Below are positions 28,198 through 39,203 of a stretch of DNA of 64,000 nucleotides, in pieces; the stretch's first letter is position 1; every line of letters starts with the position of its first letter. Source of the stretch: Camelus dromedarius (taxonomy: Eukaryota); NCBI RefSeq assembly GCF_036321535.1, contig NC_087436.1:48982001-49046000 (forward strand), given 5' to 3'. Both the position numbers and the translations under genes were made by a program. A model generated the notes under the pieces. It did not search any database. It saw only the letters and a program-made list of their open reading frames with translations, and was not told the origin of the DNA.

Positions 28198-30858
28198 ATT
28201 CTATGAGGCCAGAATTATCCTAATACCAAAACCAGACAAAGACTTTAATTACAAAAGAAAACTATGGACCAATATCACTCATGAACAGAGACACAGAAAT
28301 CCTCAACAAAATACTGGCAAATCAAATTCAACAATGTATTAACAAAATTATACACTATGACTGAGTGAGATTTATCCCAGGTATACAGTGATGTTCAACA
28401 TTCAAAAATCAATTAATGTACTCGATCACATCAACAGGTTAAATAAAAAAAAGGACAAAAAATCACATGATCATATGATAGATACAAAAGAAGCATTTGA
28501 CAAAATCCAATATTCATTCGTGATAAAAATTCTCAATAAACTAGGAATAGAGAGGAATTTCCTCAACTTGATAAATAATATCTACTAAAAAACCTACAGC
28601 TAATTTAGTGGTGAGAAACTTGAAGCTTTTTTACCAAGATCAAGTACAAGGCAAGGATGTCCTCTTTCACCACTCATTTGCAACATTGTACTGGAAGTTC
28701 TGACTAATGCAATAAGACAAGAAAAGGAAATAAAATGTAGGCAGATTGGGAAGGAAGATGTAAAGCTGTCTATGATCATAGATGACACTACTGTCTATGT
28801 AGAAAATACAAAAGAATCAACAACAAAAAAGCCCTAGAACTAATAAGTGATTATAGCAAGTTTGCAGGATACAGGGTTAATATACAAAAGTTAATAACTT
28901 TCTTATATACCAACAAAGAATAAGTGGAATTTAAAATTAAAAACACAACACTATTTACATTAGTACCCCCCAAAATTACTTACTATAAATCTAACAAAAT
29001 ATGTACAAGACCTATACAAGGAAAGCTAAAAAACTCTGATGAACATAATCAAAGAAGAACTAAATAAATGGAAAGATATTCCATTTTCATGGATAGGAAG
29101 ACTCAATATTGTCAAGATATTAGTTCTTCTCAACTTAATCTATAGATTCAATGTAATCCTAATCAAAATCCCAACAGTTCTTTTGTGGTTATTGATAAAC
29201 AGATTTTAAAGTTTCTATGAGAGTCAAAAGGCCTAGAATAGCCAACACAATATTGAAAAGGAAAAACAATGTTAGAAGACTGACACTACCTGACTTCAAG
29301 ACTTACTATTAAGCTATACAGTTCAAGACAGTATGGTATTAGTGAAAGAACTGACAGATTAATGGGACAGAACAGAACCCAGAAATAGTTCCACATAAAT
29401 AAATTTCACTGATCTTTGACAGTGGAACAAAGGAAATACAATGGAGCAAAGAGAATCTTCTCAACAAATGGTGTTGGAACAACTGGACATCCATGTGCAA
29501 AAAAATGAATCTAGATATAGACTTTACACCCTTCACAAAAGTAACTCAAAATGAATCTCAGACATATATATAAAATGCAAAACTATTTAAACACAAACCT
29601 AGAAGATAAATAAGAGAAAACCTAGATGACTTTGGGTATGGTGATGACTTTTTAGGCACAACAACAAAGGCACAATCCATGAGAGAAAGAATTGTTAAGT
29701 TGGACTTTATTAAAGTGAAAAACTTCTCCATGAAAGGCATTATCAAGAGAATGAGAAGACAAGCCACAGGCTGGGAGAAAATATTCATGAAAGATACATC
29801 TAAGAGAGGACTGTTATTCAAATATACAAAGAGCTCTTAAAACTCAGTAATAAGAAAACAAACAACCCAATTTAAAAAATGAGTCAAAGTTACTAAGAGA
29901 CACCTCACCAAAGAAGATATACAGATGGCAAATAAGCATATGAAAGTATGTTCCACATCATATGTAATCAGGGAAATTGCAAATTAAAACAAGACACCAT
30001 TACACACCTATTAGGATGGCCAAAATCCAGAACAATGACAATGCCAAATGCTGGTGAGGATGTGATACAAAAGGAACTCTCATTAATTACTAGTAGAATT
30101 GCAAAATGATACAGCCCCTTTGGAAGGCAATTTGGTGGTTTCTTACAAAACTAAACATGTTCTTACCATACAATCCAACAACTGAGCTCCTTGGTTTTCA
30201 CCCACATGAACTGAAAACTTATGTCCACACAAAACCTGCACATGGTTTTTTAGCAACTTTATTCATAGTTGTCAAAGCTTGGAAGCAGCCATGTTGCCCT
30301 TCCATAGGTGAATGGATAAATAAACTGTGGTACATCCAGACAGTGGAATACTATCCAGCCCTAAAAGGAAATGAGCTATCAAGCCAGGAAAAGACATGAA
30401 AGAACCTTGAATGAATATTGCTAAGTGAAAGAAGCCAATCTGAAAAGACTACATACTGTATGATTCCAACTATGATATTGTTGAAAAGCAAAACTATGGA
30501 GACAATAAAAATATCAGTGGTTGCCGTCACTTGGGGGTGAGGAGGGATGAATAAGCAGAGCACAGAGGATTTTTAGGGTAGTAAAAATACTCTCCATGGT
30601 AGTGTAATGACATGTCATTATACATTTGTCAAAACCCACAGACAACACGAAGCGTGAACCATAAGATAGACTATGGACTTCGGGTGGTAATGATGTGTCA
30701 GTGTAGGGTCATCAGTTGTAATGAAACTAACACTCTGGAGGAGAATGTTGATAATGGGGGAAGTTACGCAGATGTGGGGCCAAGGAGTATACGGGACATC
30801 TCCCCTTGACTTTGCTGTGAACCTGAAAGTGCTCTAGGAATATAAAGTCTTAAAAAAA
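28198..30858 (+). mobile_element. 5'-truncated L1 (L1MC1-like): decayed ORF2 reverse transcriptase and C-terminal region plus 3' UTR; antisense to ARHGEF38
   Basis: ORF-track fragments carry L1 ORF2 motifs (FNIQKSINVLDHINR...DTKEAFDKIQ; EWINKLWYIQTVEYY) with many stops and frameshifts. The 3' UTR has ctatggacttcgggtggtaatgatgtgtca. Probable decayed TSD agtggctaggtgat (28186-28199) / agtagctgggtgat (30862-30875). Confidence 0.92.
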
Positions 30859-33800
30859 TAGAGTAGCTGGGTGATAGATAAAAACAAGAGGGAAAAAATT
30901 ACATGGTTGCCTATTAAGGAAAAAAAAGACTGTTATATTCTGGCAGCAGTAAAAGTCTTTAGTGAAGGTAACAGAGAAGACAATTTTAACAAGAGTCTTA
31001 TAACACAAAAATTCATGACAAAAGATATTTGCTTGCCTATGATTTCCTCTGTTATGCAGGCAAAGTTTTTAGTAAATAGCTTTGAGAAGCCTAATTTATC
31101 TGCCTATCTATCTATAAATGAAAGCAGGGTATATTTTAATAATTACTAGGTAAAATATTTCTGTCTTGGTTCTTTTATTTTGTATTTCAGTGAATTAGCA
31201 TGACTAATTCTGTTCTTTGTTCTGTGAGAGTAGCAAAATTTCATTACACTTCATTATCTGATTCTTCTTAAGGAGAAGTGGGAGTCTGAGAGCTGGACTG
31301 GGGAGGAGACTGGGGTAGGGGGAGATTCAGACGGAACTGAGAGTGATCTTGGAGAGTGCATCCAAGGAGTGAAGCTAGAACTGAGAGACAAGCAGGCAGT
31401 CCAGCAGGTCTGCTGCACAGCGTCTGTGCTCTGTGTAACTCCTGGGAGCACCATTTATACTGGGAGGCAGCCAGGGACTGGATAGTGAAGTCGAATCCAG
31501 GTTTGAGGGGTCAAGACAGACACCAGGGACGTCCAACCAGAAACTTCAGATGAGAGGCGGGAAATGGAAGCCTGAGTGATTCCCAGAACATGTGCTGAAG
31601 CTACAGCCCCCTTTATATAGAAGAGCTATGGGCTCCTTCTGGAGAGGAGAGAGCCCTTAAAAACACAGCGAACTCCAGAGGAATATAAAAGTCATTCACC
31701 AAACGAAAATGTAATCACTATAGCTTAACATTCACAGGACATCCATTGGGCCATGGCCTTCTTTTTGTTATATACAGATTTTCATGGTACTACAGTATTC
31801 AAACAGTATTTTAATTATTATAATGCTTTTATACCCCCAACCCCGGTCTCCCTTCAGAGATGCTTTAAGTCTACTCGATGCTCCCAAGGTGGCGAGCACT
31901 CCTCACGCATAAGCTTCTCTATCAGGATTGACATCATAGTTTAAGCTACAGCAGCTTCACTCAGGTCGGGGCAGGAGCAGGAGGCTGAATTATTCCCTGT
32001 GCCCTGTGGTCCCTTTGAAATAAAAGGGCAAGTTAAAGATCTGTCCTCTCTAATTCCGTTTTCCATGTTCTCTTATTTCAGGTGTTGCCTCACCCACCTT
32101 GGATGCCATAGGTCACACATGTCACACAGAACGGCTGCCACCACTGAAACACCCCACTACTAACCTCGACTTGCATGCTAAAACTGTGGGCACCATTTTC
32201 CATTTGGGGGCTCTGCGTCTGGGGAGAGCTTGATACTGTTCTCCTCAAATTTATGGCCCCTCAATAAAGAAAAGAAAATATTTTCTATTTAAGTTAATAT
32301 TTGTTATTTGTGGTTTAAAATAAAACATGCAAAAATATATTCTTCAGGGGGAAGAGGTTCCCTAAGGGTTTATGTGGTATGATTACAATTTCACAAGATA
32401 TTTGGTGTGTCTGTATAAGCCTAGACATAAACCAAAATATTTATCGTGTTTATTTCTACCTGATACAGCTATAGGTGATTATATTTTGTCTATGTATTTT
32501 TCTAAGAAAAATTATTTACAAAATTGCAGCCATAAAGGGTACCCAAATTTTAACAGAAAATTCCAGCTGAGCTCTTGTCAATACAAGATTATTGGCCCTT
32601 TTTTTCAGAAAACACAAAACAGCAAGTATAATTAGATCAAGTATGAGCAAATCCAAAATAAATACATATAACTCTCTTATTGTGTAAATAAAAATCAACT
32701 TAATGTGTATTCAAACATATACACTTGTGAACAGAATACCCTTGGAAGGGTAAAAAGAAGCTGGTAATGGTGTTTGCCTCTGGAAAAGGAAACTGAGTAG
32801 CTATAAGACATTATCGGGTCCTTCAGATCTTTGGTATTTTTGTATTATGTGAATTTTACAAGTTCAAAAACTAATTAAAACAAAGAAAAATTAAACATGT
32901 ATTTAAAGTCCTCTATTCTTTTCAATCACTTTTTGGTCCTTTCCTTACACATAAAACTATTTTCTATTGTTAGGTTAATTTGCTCTGGTTTTGATTTATT
33001 TTGACTTACTTCCAAAAATGTAGATAGAGTCTCTCCTATAGCCAGCCCTATGTGGATAATAAATAACTAAAACCAGTTTTCCCACTAAATGTCTCAACAC
33101 TGAATGACGTGGATAATTTTTGCCTTCTTTGCAAAACCTCTCCCAATGCTGCCACTAAAAAAGATGTAGCTGCTAGATTTGACCCTGCTTTCAGTAAGGT
33201 GAAGTTTTGTTTATTGAAGAGCCTTGAAGTTACGATCAAGGTTGGAACCACAATTATCACAAAACAGTTCAGTTAAGGGCTAGGTGTAGACTTTGATTTG
33301 CACACTGATTCATCCATGCAAGTTCACTCAGAATAGCAAAGAGCTTTTTTCAGTTTTCAACTTTCTTCTTCCAATTGCCACACTTCTGTAAACTGACTCA
33401 TCCTTCAGGAACTTAAAAGACATGGATCAGATGCAGAGAGAGAAGATATGGAGGCAGTCCAACACAACAAAGACAGTCTTCCCAACAAGAGCAAAGACCT
33501 GGATCAGATGACTTCCCAATGTCCCTTTCCAGCCTAACTTGTACATGTGAAATATTTATTTATGTTGCCTCAGGTTTCGCTAAGCCTAGTGTGCAGATCA
33601 TTTCCGTGGTAACATGAAAACTGTGTGTTAATTAATAAATTTTGATACTACCCGATGACAGGTGGCTTGTGTGCTAAGACTGTGGTATTTAAATGGCTAC
33701 GAGGGAAGAGAGGACATGGAGGAGCTAATGAACGATGAAAAGGTGGTAAAGTTGGTGAACTGGTGGCATAAATTAACTACCTCGGCACTCATATAAATGT

Positions 33801-34902
33801 CCAAGTCATCGGAATTCCTGAGTATTTATTTTCTTAATCAAAGGTTAAAAGCTTTAAGAAGTGGGGAAAAGGTGGATCTGACACTAGAAACCTCAAACTA
33901 ATTGCCATTACAACATCAGTGGAGAGGACACACAGGCTACTGGACTGCAACTAAATTCCACGATGAGGAAGACAGAGAGCACTGAAAGGTAGCTAAACAA
34001 ATGGAAGAGCCGGATGTGAAAAGTCAACAAGCCAAACAGAATAAGGAAGGAAATATGAGTTAGAAGTGTGAGAATGGTAATTCCAAGTAAGAGAACAGAA
34101 GTTAAACACGCCAAATAAATAAACTACAGGTCACCAAAACACAAATACTTTATTTCACATGGTCTGAAACACCAATTCTTAGAATTGCTCATCAGAGTTA
34201 CACAGGAAGCAAAAAATAAGGAAGAAAAAAAAGCAAAAAGACAAAAATTAGAGCACATAAATGAGTATAGCTCAGCAATGGCCTTTATACTGGCGAGGTC
34301 AGTTTAACTCACTAGGGTAGTAGATGGCTTAACATTGAGAACATTTTCATAGTGAATAAACTTCTTATCCCATTTGATACAAAAACTTTTGATTATGAAT
34401 TCAAAGGAGGGCATTTTCTTACATATGTAATCTTTTTTATCGATCATTAACTCATCATAGGGACAGAGTTTTGGTAAGCTGTGCTTATTTTGAAACATGT
34501 CTTTGTCACATGCTTTTATACATATTAAATATTTCATATTCAACTTAAAAAGAGAAAAATAAAGACAGAGAATATAGACAACATTTTTAGGATCAAGAGA
34601 GAGGTTTTTTGTTGTTGTTGTTCCTGTTTTTTTAAGATAACAGATGACAGATAATGATGAGAATGATCCAACAGGGAGAGTAAAATCAATTATGCAGAAG
34701 AGAAAAAGGACACTGGGAGGAGTGAAATTCTGGAGTAAGCTTAAGGGGATAGAATCGTGCACTGGCAGAGAGGTTATCCTTAATTAGAAGCAGGATCCAT
34801 TGACCAGGTTACATGGGTAGAGATGCAGATAGGTTGGTAGATTGGGTGATGAGAGTGTGTACATCTTATTCTGTCTGTTTTCTCAATGAAATGATGAAAA
34901 AG

Positions 34903-35970
34903 TTCATTTGTCTTTTTTTTCTTTAGATTCCACACATAAGTGATGTCATATGGTATTTTTCTTTCTCTTTCTGGCTTACTTAGAATGTCAATCTCCAGGT
35001 CCAACCATGTTGCTGCAAATGGCATTATTTTATTGTTTTTTATGGCTGAGTTGTACACACACACACACACACACAGCTTCTTTATCCAGTCATCAGTCGA
35101 TGAACATTTAGGTTGTTTCCTTGTCTTGGCTATTGTATATAGTGCTGCTATGAACATTGGGGTACATGTATCTTTTTGAATTAAGGTTCACTCTGGATAT
35201 ATGCCCAGGAGTGGGATTGCTGTATGTCAGCAGCCTTAAGTGAGTATGCCATGGGGCCCAGGCGCAAGTTCACAATGGCTTGCACCTGGTAAGAGGTAAA
35301 TGTACGCATGCGCCGGTAGCGTGACTCAGCATTATGAACAATACGCATGCGCCACTTGCATTATAAAAGGACTAGTGCGTACACCTGGGCGCAGGGACCA
35401 CCTGCTTGTACTGCAATGGAGTGCTGTTTTGCTCTATGTCGGCTCCTCGCGCCTTTTTCCAGTTGGGCAGCTCACCTCTTCGAATCCCTCTCCAGCCTCC
35501 CTCAGCTGACACTGTGTCATATGGTAAGTCTAGTTAGTGTTTTGAGGAATCTCTATACTGTTTTCCATAACGGCTGCAGGCTGCACTAAACTGCATTCCT
35601 ACTAACAAGGTAGGAGGGTTCCCTTTTCTCCATATCCTCTCCAACATTTATCATTTGTGGACTTTTGAATTTACAAAACAGAAGCAGACTCACAGACATA
35701 GAAAACAAACATAGTTACCAGGCGGGCAAGGAGGTGGGAAGGGATAAATTGGGAGTTTGAGATTTGCAGATACTAATATATATAAAATAGATAAACAAGT
35801 TCATACTGTATAGCACAGGGAATTATATCTTGTAGAGTCTTATGGTGAAAAAGAATACGAGGACAAATATTTGTATGTTCATGTATGACTAAAGCATTAC
35901 ATTGTACACCAGAAATTGACACAACATTGTACTGACCATTCTTCAGTAAAAATATATATTAAAAAAAAGG
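34903..35970 (+). mobile_element. Young lineage-specific L1, 5'-truncated with 5' inversion (twin priming)
   Basis: About 34900-35669 is antisense L1 (the ORF track shows MFIAALYTIAKTRKQPKCSSTDDWIKK). About 35670-35968 is sense 3' UTR with an A tail. Exact 13-bp TSD aatgatgaaaaag at 34890-34902 and 35971-35983. Confidence 0.9.
35225..35511 (+). mobile_element. 287-bp solo-LTR-like insertion of unrecognised family
   Basis: Termini TGTCAGC...GCTGACA; flanks ctgta/ctgtg (5-bp TSD, one mismatch). It cleanly interrupts the L1 sequence gggattgctg|tgtcatatgg. TATAAAA at 35362. Strand inferred from the TATA box. Confidence 0.75.
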
Positions 35971-36776
35971 AATGATGAAAAAGGATATTAGCTGAGAGTT
36001 AGGAGAAAAGAGGAAGGATTTGAGGTGCAAGGAGCAAGAAGATATAAGCGTCTCTTCAGAGACATTACTGGGGGCCCCACTTGAAGAAAATGGTCATGAA
36101 TTTTAAAAGAGATTGGTTTAGCTGCATGGGTAAGGGTGTAAAGTAGGCAGAAAATTGAGCTCCATCAAGAGCAGGTTTTTTTTCAGGCAAGTAAATGGAA
36201 AGAGAGAGAGAAAGGGAATTGAGTTCATCTGCAAGAGTGATTTTATAATGAAGGACCCACAGACGCCAAGCCAGGTTTGGGCTTGATGAACAAGTGGAAA
36301 GGCGTGGTAAGCTCAATAGCTTGGAAGTCCTGGTGGCGTGAAGAAATTGCTGGAGACAGAGTACCAGTGGGTGTGGGCAGAAAGAGAGGACTTAGGGGTT
36401 AGAGAGCGGTAAGCCTGAAATTCTGACTCTGAGAGGGTGAAGTTATTGGTAGTGATGATTCTAGGGTGTAGCCCTGGAGGGAGTGGCTGAGATGGGGTTA
36501 AGAAAGATCGCTGGATATAAACAAGCCACAGAACTGAGTGAGAGGCTGGAGGTTGCATGGATCATGCTTCCTGGTTTGCATGTTTTCAGGTTTGCCTGAA
36601 AGTTGAAATTACCTAAAATTGATGGCAGAATTAGGTAGGGAAAGAGAGAAGTTATGGAAACAGTGGGCTAAGTTTAAATTTTTTTTAAAATAGGAGTGAC
36701 TGGTAGGATTGTACTGTAAGGGAGGGTAGGTAGTGGTAAAATCTGATACCACGTGTATTTAAAATCAGTATTTGCA

Positions 36777-36859
36777 GGGAGGAGATAGCTCAGTGGTAGA
36801 ATGCATGCTTAGCGTGCGTGAGGTCCTGAGTTCAATCCCCAGTACCTCCACTAAAGAAA
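36777..36859 (+). mobile_element. tRNA-Ala(AGC)-derived SINE head / tRNA retropseudogene
   Basis: gggaggagatagctcagtggtagaatgcatgcttAGCgtgcgtgaggtcctgagttcaatccccagtacctcca followed by ctaaagaaa. Stems are mismatched and there is no adjacent T-run terminator. Confidence 0.85.
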
Positions 36860-37639
36860 TCCCAATATTTAAATAATTATGTAAATGAATATTTTATTAA
36901 TAACCATTAATATCTGCCAGGATAGAGGCTATATCAATGCAGCTAGTTTATGTTAAATGAAAAAAAAACCACAACAAACATATTTCTATATATTTAACAG
37001 TGAAACTAGAGAGCAAATGTTTATCAGGACCATGAATGTTATTCCTCCTCTTACAGACTTACTAAGTAATTTCCAGATTCAGAAAGTTGCCAGTTACCTT
37101 CTAAATTGAGAACTGTGATAGGATTAAATCAGGATTCTGATGAAGTGTTTGGAAGAACAGGACCTGACAAATAGTAAGTACCTAATAAAACGTCATGAGG
37201 GAGTAAAACTAAAGATGATTCCCTGAGGGAAAAATTACAAGCCTGTTCTGCTGCCTTTCTTTATACATTGTCCTAAACCAAAACAACTTTTATATCAAAG
37301 GTCACCTTGATCTACACCTTGATCAGATTTTCCCTGATTTGTAAACCAGATATTTTTCCTAATACTTCTGAGAAGAATCTTGTGTAAAGAAATATAAACT
37401 CTGGTTCTAGATGTTGTAAGTACTGGGGAAAAGGTTTAATAATTGATATTAGGACAACTGACTCACAGTATTTTTATAATCATGAGTACATGTTGAGATG
37501 TCAAACCCAGAATCCACAAAGTTGGATATTTCCAGCCACTTAAAAACGGCAAAAACAAATGACTAAACCTTAAACAAGGTTTTGACTTTTAACCGTAATC
37601 AAGGTTAGAGGACAAAAGACAAACTGAGAAAATTCACTG

Positions 37640-38335
37640 TAACATGTGGAGTTGAAAAAGAATATCTAATATGAAAAGAGATTTTATAAAACAATAAGAA
37701 AAAGACAAGCCATAATTGTTTTAAAAGGGCAAAAGACATGGGTATGAATAGGGATTTAAAAGAATAGAGATGGCTGATGAATATGTAAGAAGATATTTGT
37801 CAGAAGAAATCAGAGGAACCCGGTCTTCATTGTTTGTAAAACCAACAATGCTCGGATTTAAAGAGGATGCAGAGGAGCAGCCTCTCAAGCACTGTTAATG
37901 GGAATGAAAATTAGGACAGTATCAACTTTTTGGTTGTCAGCTGGCAATTTTTATCAAAATCCTAAATATGCACATCCTTTGACCTAGCATTTCCATTCCT
38001 AGGAATTTATTCTAAGGAGATAAGATGACAACACCCAAGATGTAAGCGTGTCTCAGCGTCAGTAGCAGTCAAAAACCACTGAAAAGTGTTAGTGGTCATG
38101 GAAAGATACATCCACCAGACTGCTGAATGAAATTCGTGCGTTACAAAAAGCATGTGAGGTTTTGATTGCATTTATGTTAAATGTGTGTGTGTGAGTGTAA
38201 GTGTCCAAACTGATGTCTGAAAGGCTGTTCCTAACCATGTGAATATCTTTTGAGTAGTGGAACTTCTGATTGTTTTCACTTTCAAGTTTATGTTTTTGCA
38301 TATTGTTTGAACTGTGTATAAGGACCACTTACCAC
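37640..38335 (+). mobile_element. Ancient L1 (L1ME-like) 3' fragments
   Basis: ctttgacctagcatttccattcctaggaatttattctaagga is a typical L1ME motif. Confidence 0.65.
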
Positions 38336-38344
38336 CCTAGTAAT

Positions 38345-38352
38345 TGTGTGTG

Positions 38353-38396
<44 letters not shown>
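38345..38396. repeat. (TG)n(TA)n(TG)n microsatellite
   Basis: Directly visible. Confidence 0.95.
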
Positions 38397-39015
38397 AATT
38401 TCAAATATCCTTGTACCTTTACTCTAATTCCCTATAAAAAATTCCCTGAAAAGGCCTTGATTAAAAAGGAGGAGAATGATTAACTTACAAACACCTCAAG
38501 TTTTGTCTGAGGCCAGTCCTACCAAAGAGAAATTTTTGTCTTACGCTTTGGCTAATTTCTGTGCTGCATTTTACTTAACTAAATAGTGGTAAGTTTAATT
38601 GCGCTCTCAATGTAGGAGATGAAAAAAACTCACATATTTCTCTTCTGAAACCTTGACCATCTTTGGATGGTCAAGTTTAAGTGCTTTGTTCCTAACCTGC
38701 TGAAAACTACGGCTTACAATTTGTTAGCAATTCCATGGAAATCCAAGAATGAACACATTGAAATTTCAAAGTGACGAAAGCTGTGAATTTCCTATGTTCT
38801 AGAGTGCAGTTTCCTTGACTCTGGGTGTCCCTCTGCTGAAGTCTGAGTCTGCTGATGCCTCCTGCCAAAGCAAACCCAGGGACTGGGGGAGGGGCCCATC
38901 ACTCCACCTTCAGTCTGGCACATGATACTTCTGATACACTTGGGGGCTTTGATCTCATGGTGCTTGCCATCCTATTCAGAATATGGGCAGAGGGGACCCT
39001 CAGAGTTGCATTTAC

Positions 39016-39203
39016 CTGTTTACTTCTCAAGGGCTGAACCACTTCTTTGATGCACAGCTCTAGATCATTGAGATAGTCCTTTTCTGTCTGTATCAGCTCC
39101 CTGATGATTCTCAAACGCTTTGCCATCATTCTCTGCATCTGATGTTCCTCCTCCTGAGTTAGGGTCTCAGCCGCAGAACACCCAGCCTGTGGGGTCATCT
39201 TTT
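39016..39203 (-). CDS. ARHGEF38: ARHGEF38 coding exon 2 (EKMTPQAGCSAAETLTQEEEHQMQRMMAKRLRIIRELIQTEKDYLNDLELCIKEVVQPLRSKQ), start of DH (RhoGEF) domain
   Basis: Acceptor ttcatttaacag|AA and donor CAG|gtaaat. 188 nt; cumulative 384 nt, phase 0. KR..II.ELIQTEKDYL.DL is the conserved first helix (CR1) of Dbl-homology domains. Confidence 0.96.

Larger units (their letters stand above)
34640..36660 (-). mobile_element. Degraded L2 LINE, interrupted by the younger L1 at 34903-35970
   Basis: Purine-rich antisense-L2-like sequence on both sides of the L1 insertion. Boundaries approximate. Confidence 0.5.

Noticed and set aside
28388..30809. Active reverse transcriptase system
   Set aside because: An ancient 5'-truncated L1 with many stops and frameshifts.
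36777..36850. Functional tRNA-Ala(AGC) gene
   Set aside because: The acceptor, anticodon and T stems have mismatches, an A-rich tail replaces a T-run terminator, and a related SINE lies at 6127-6269. It is best read as a retroposed copy.
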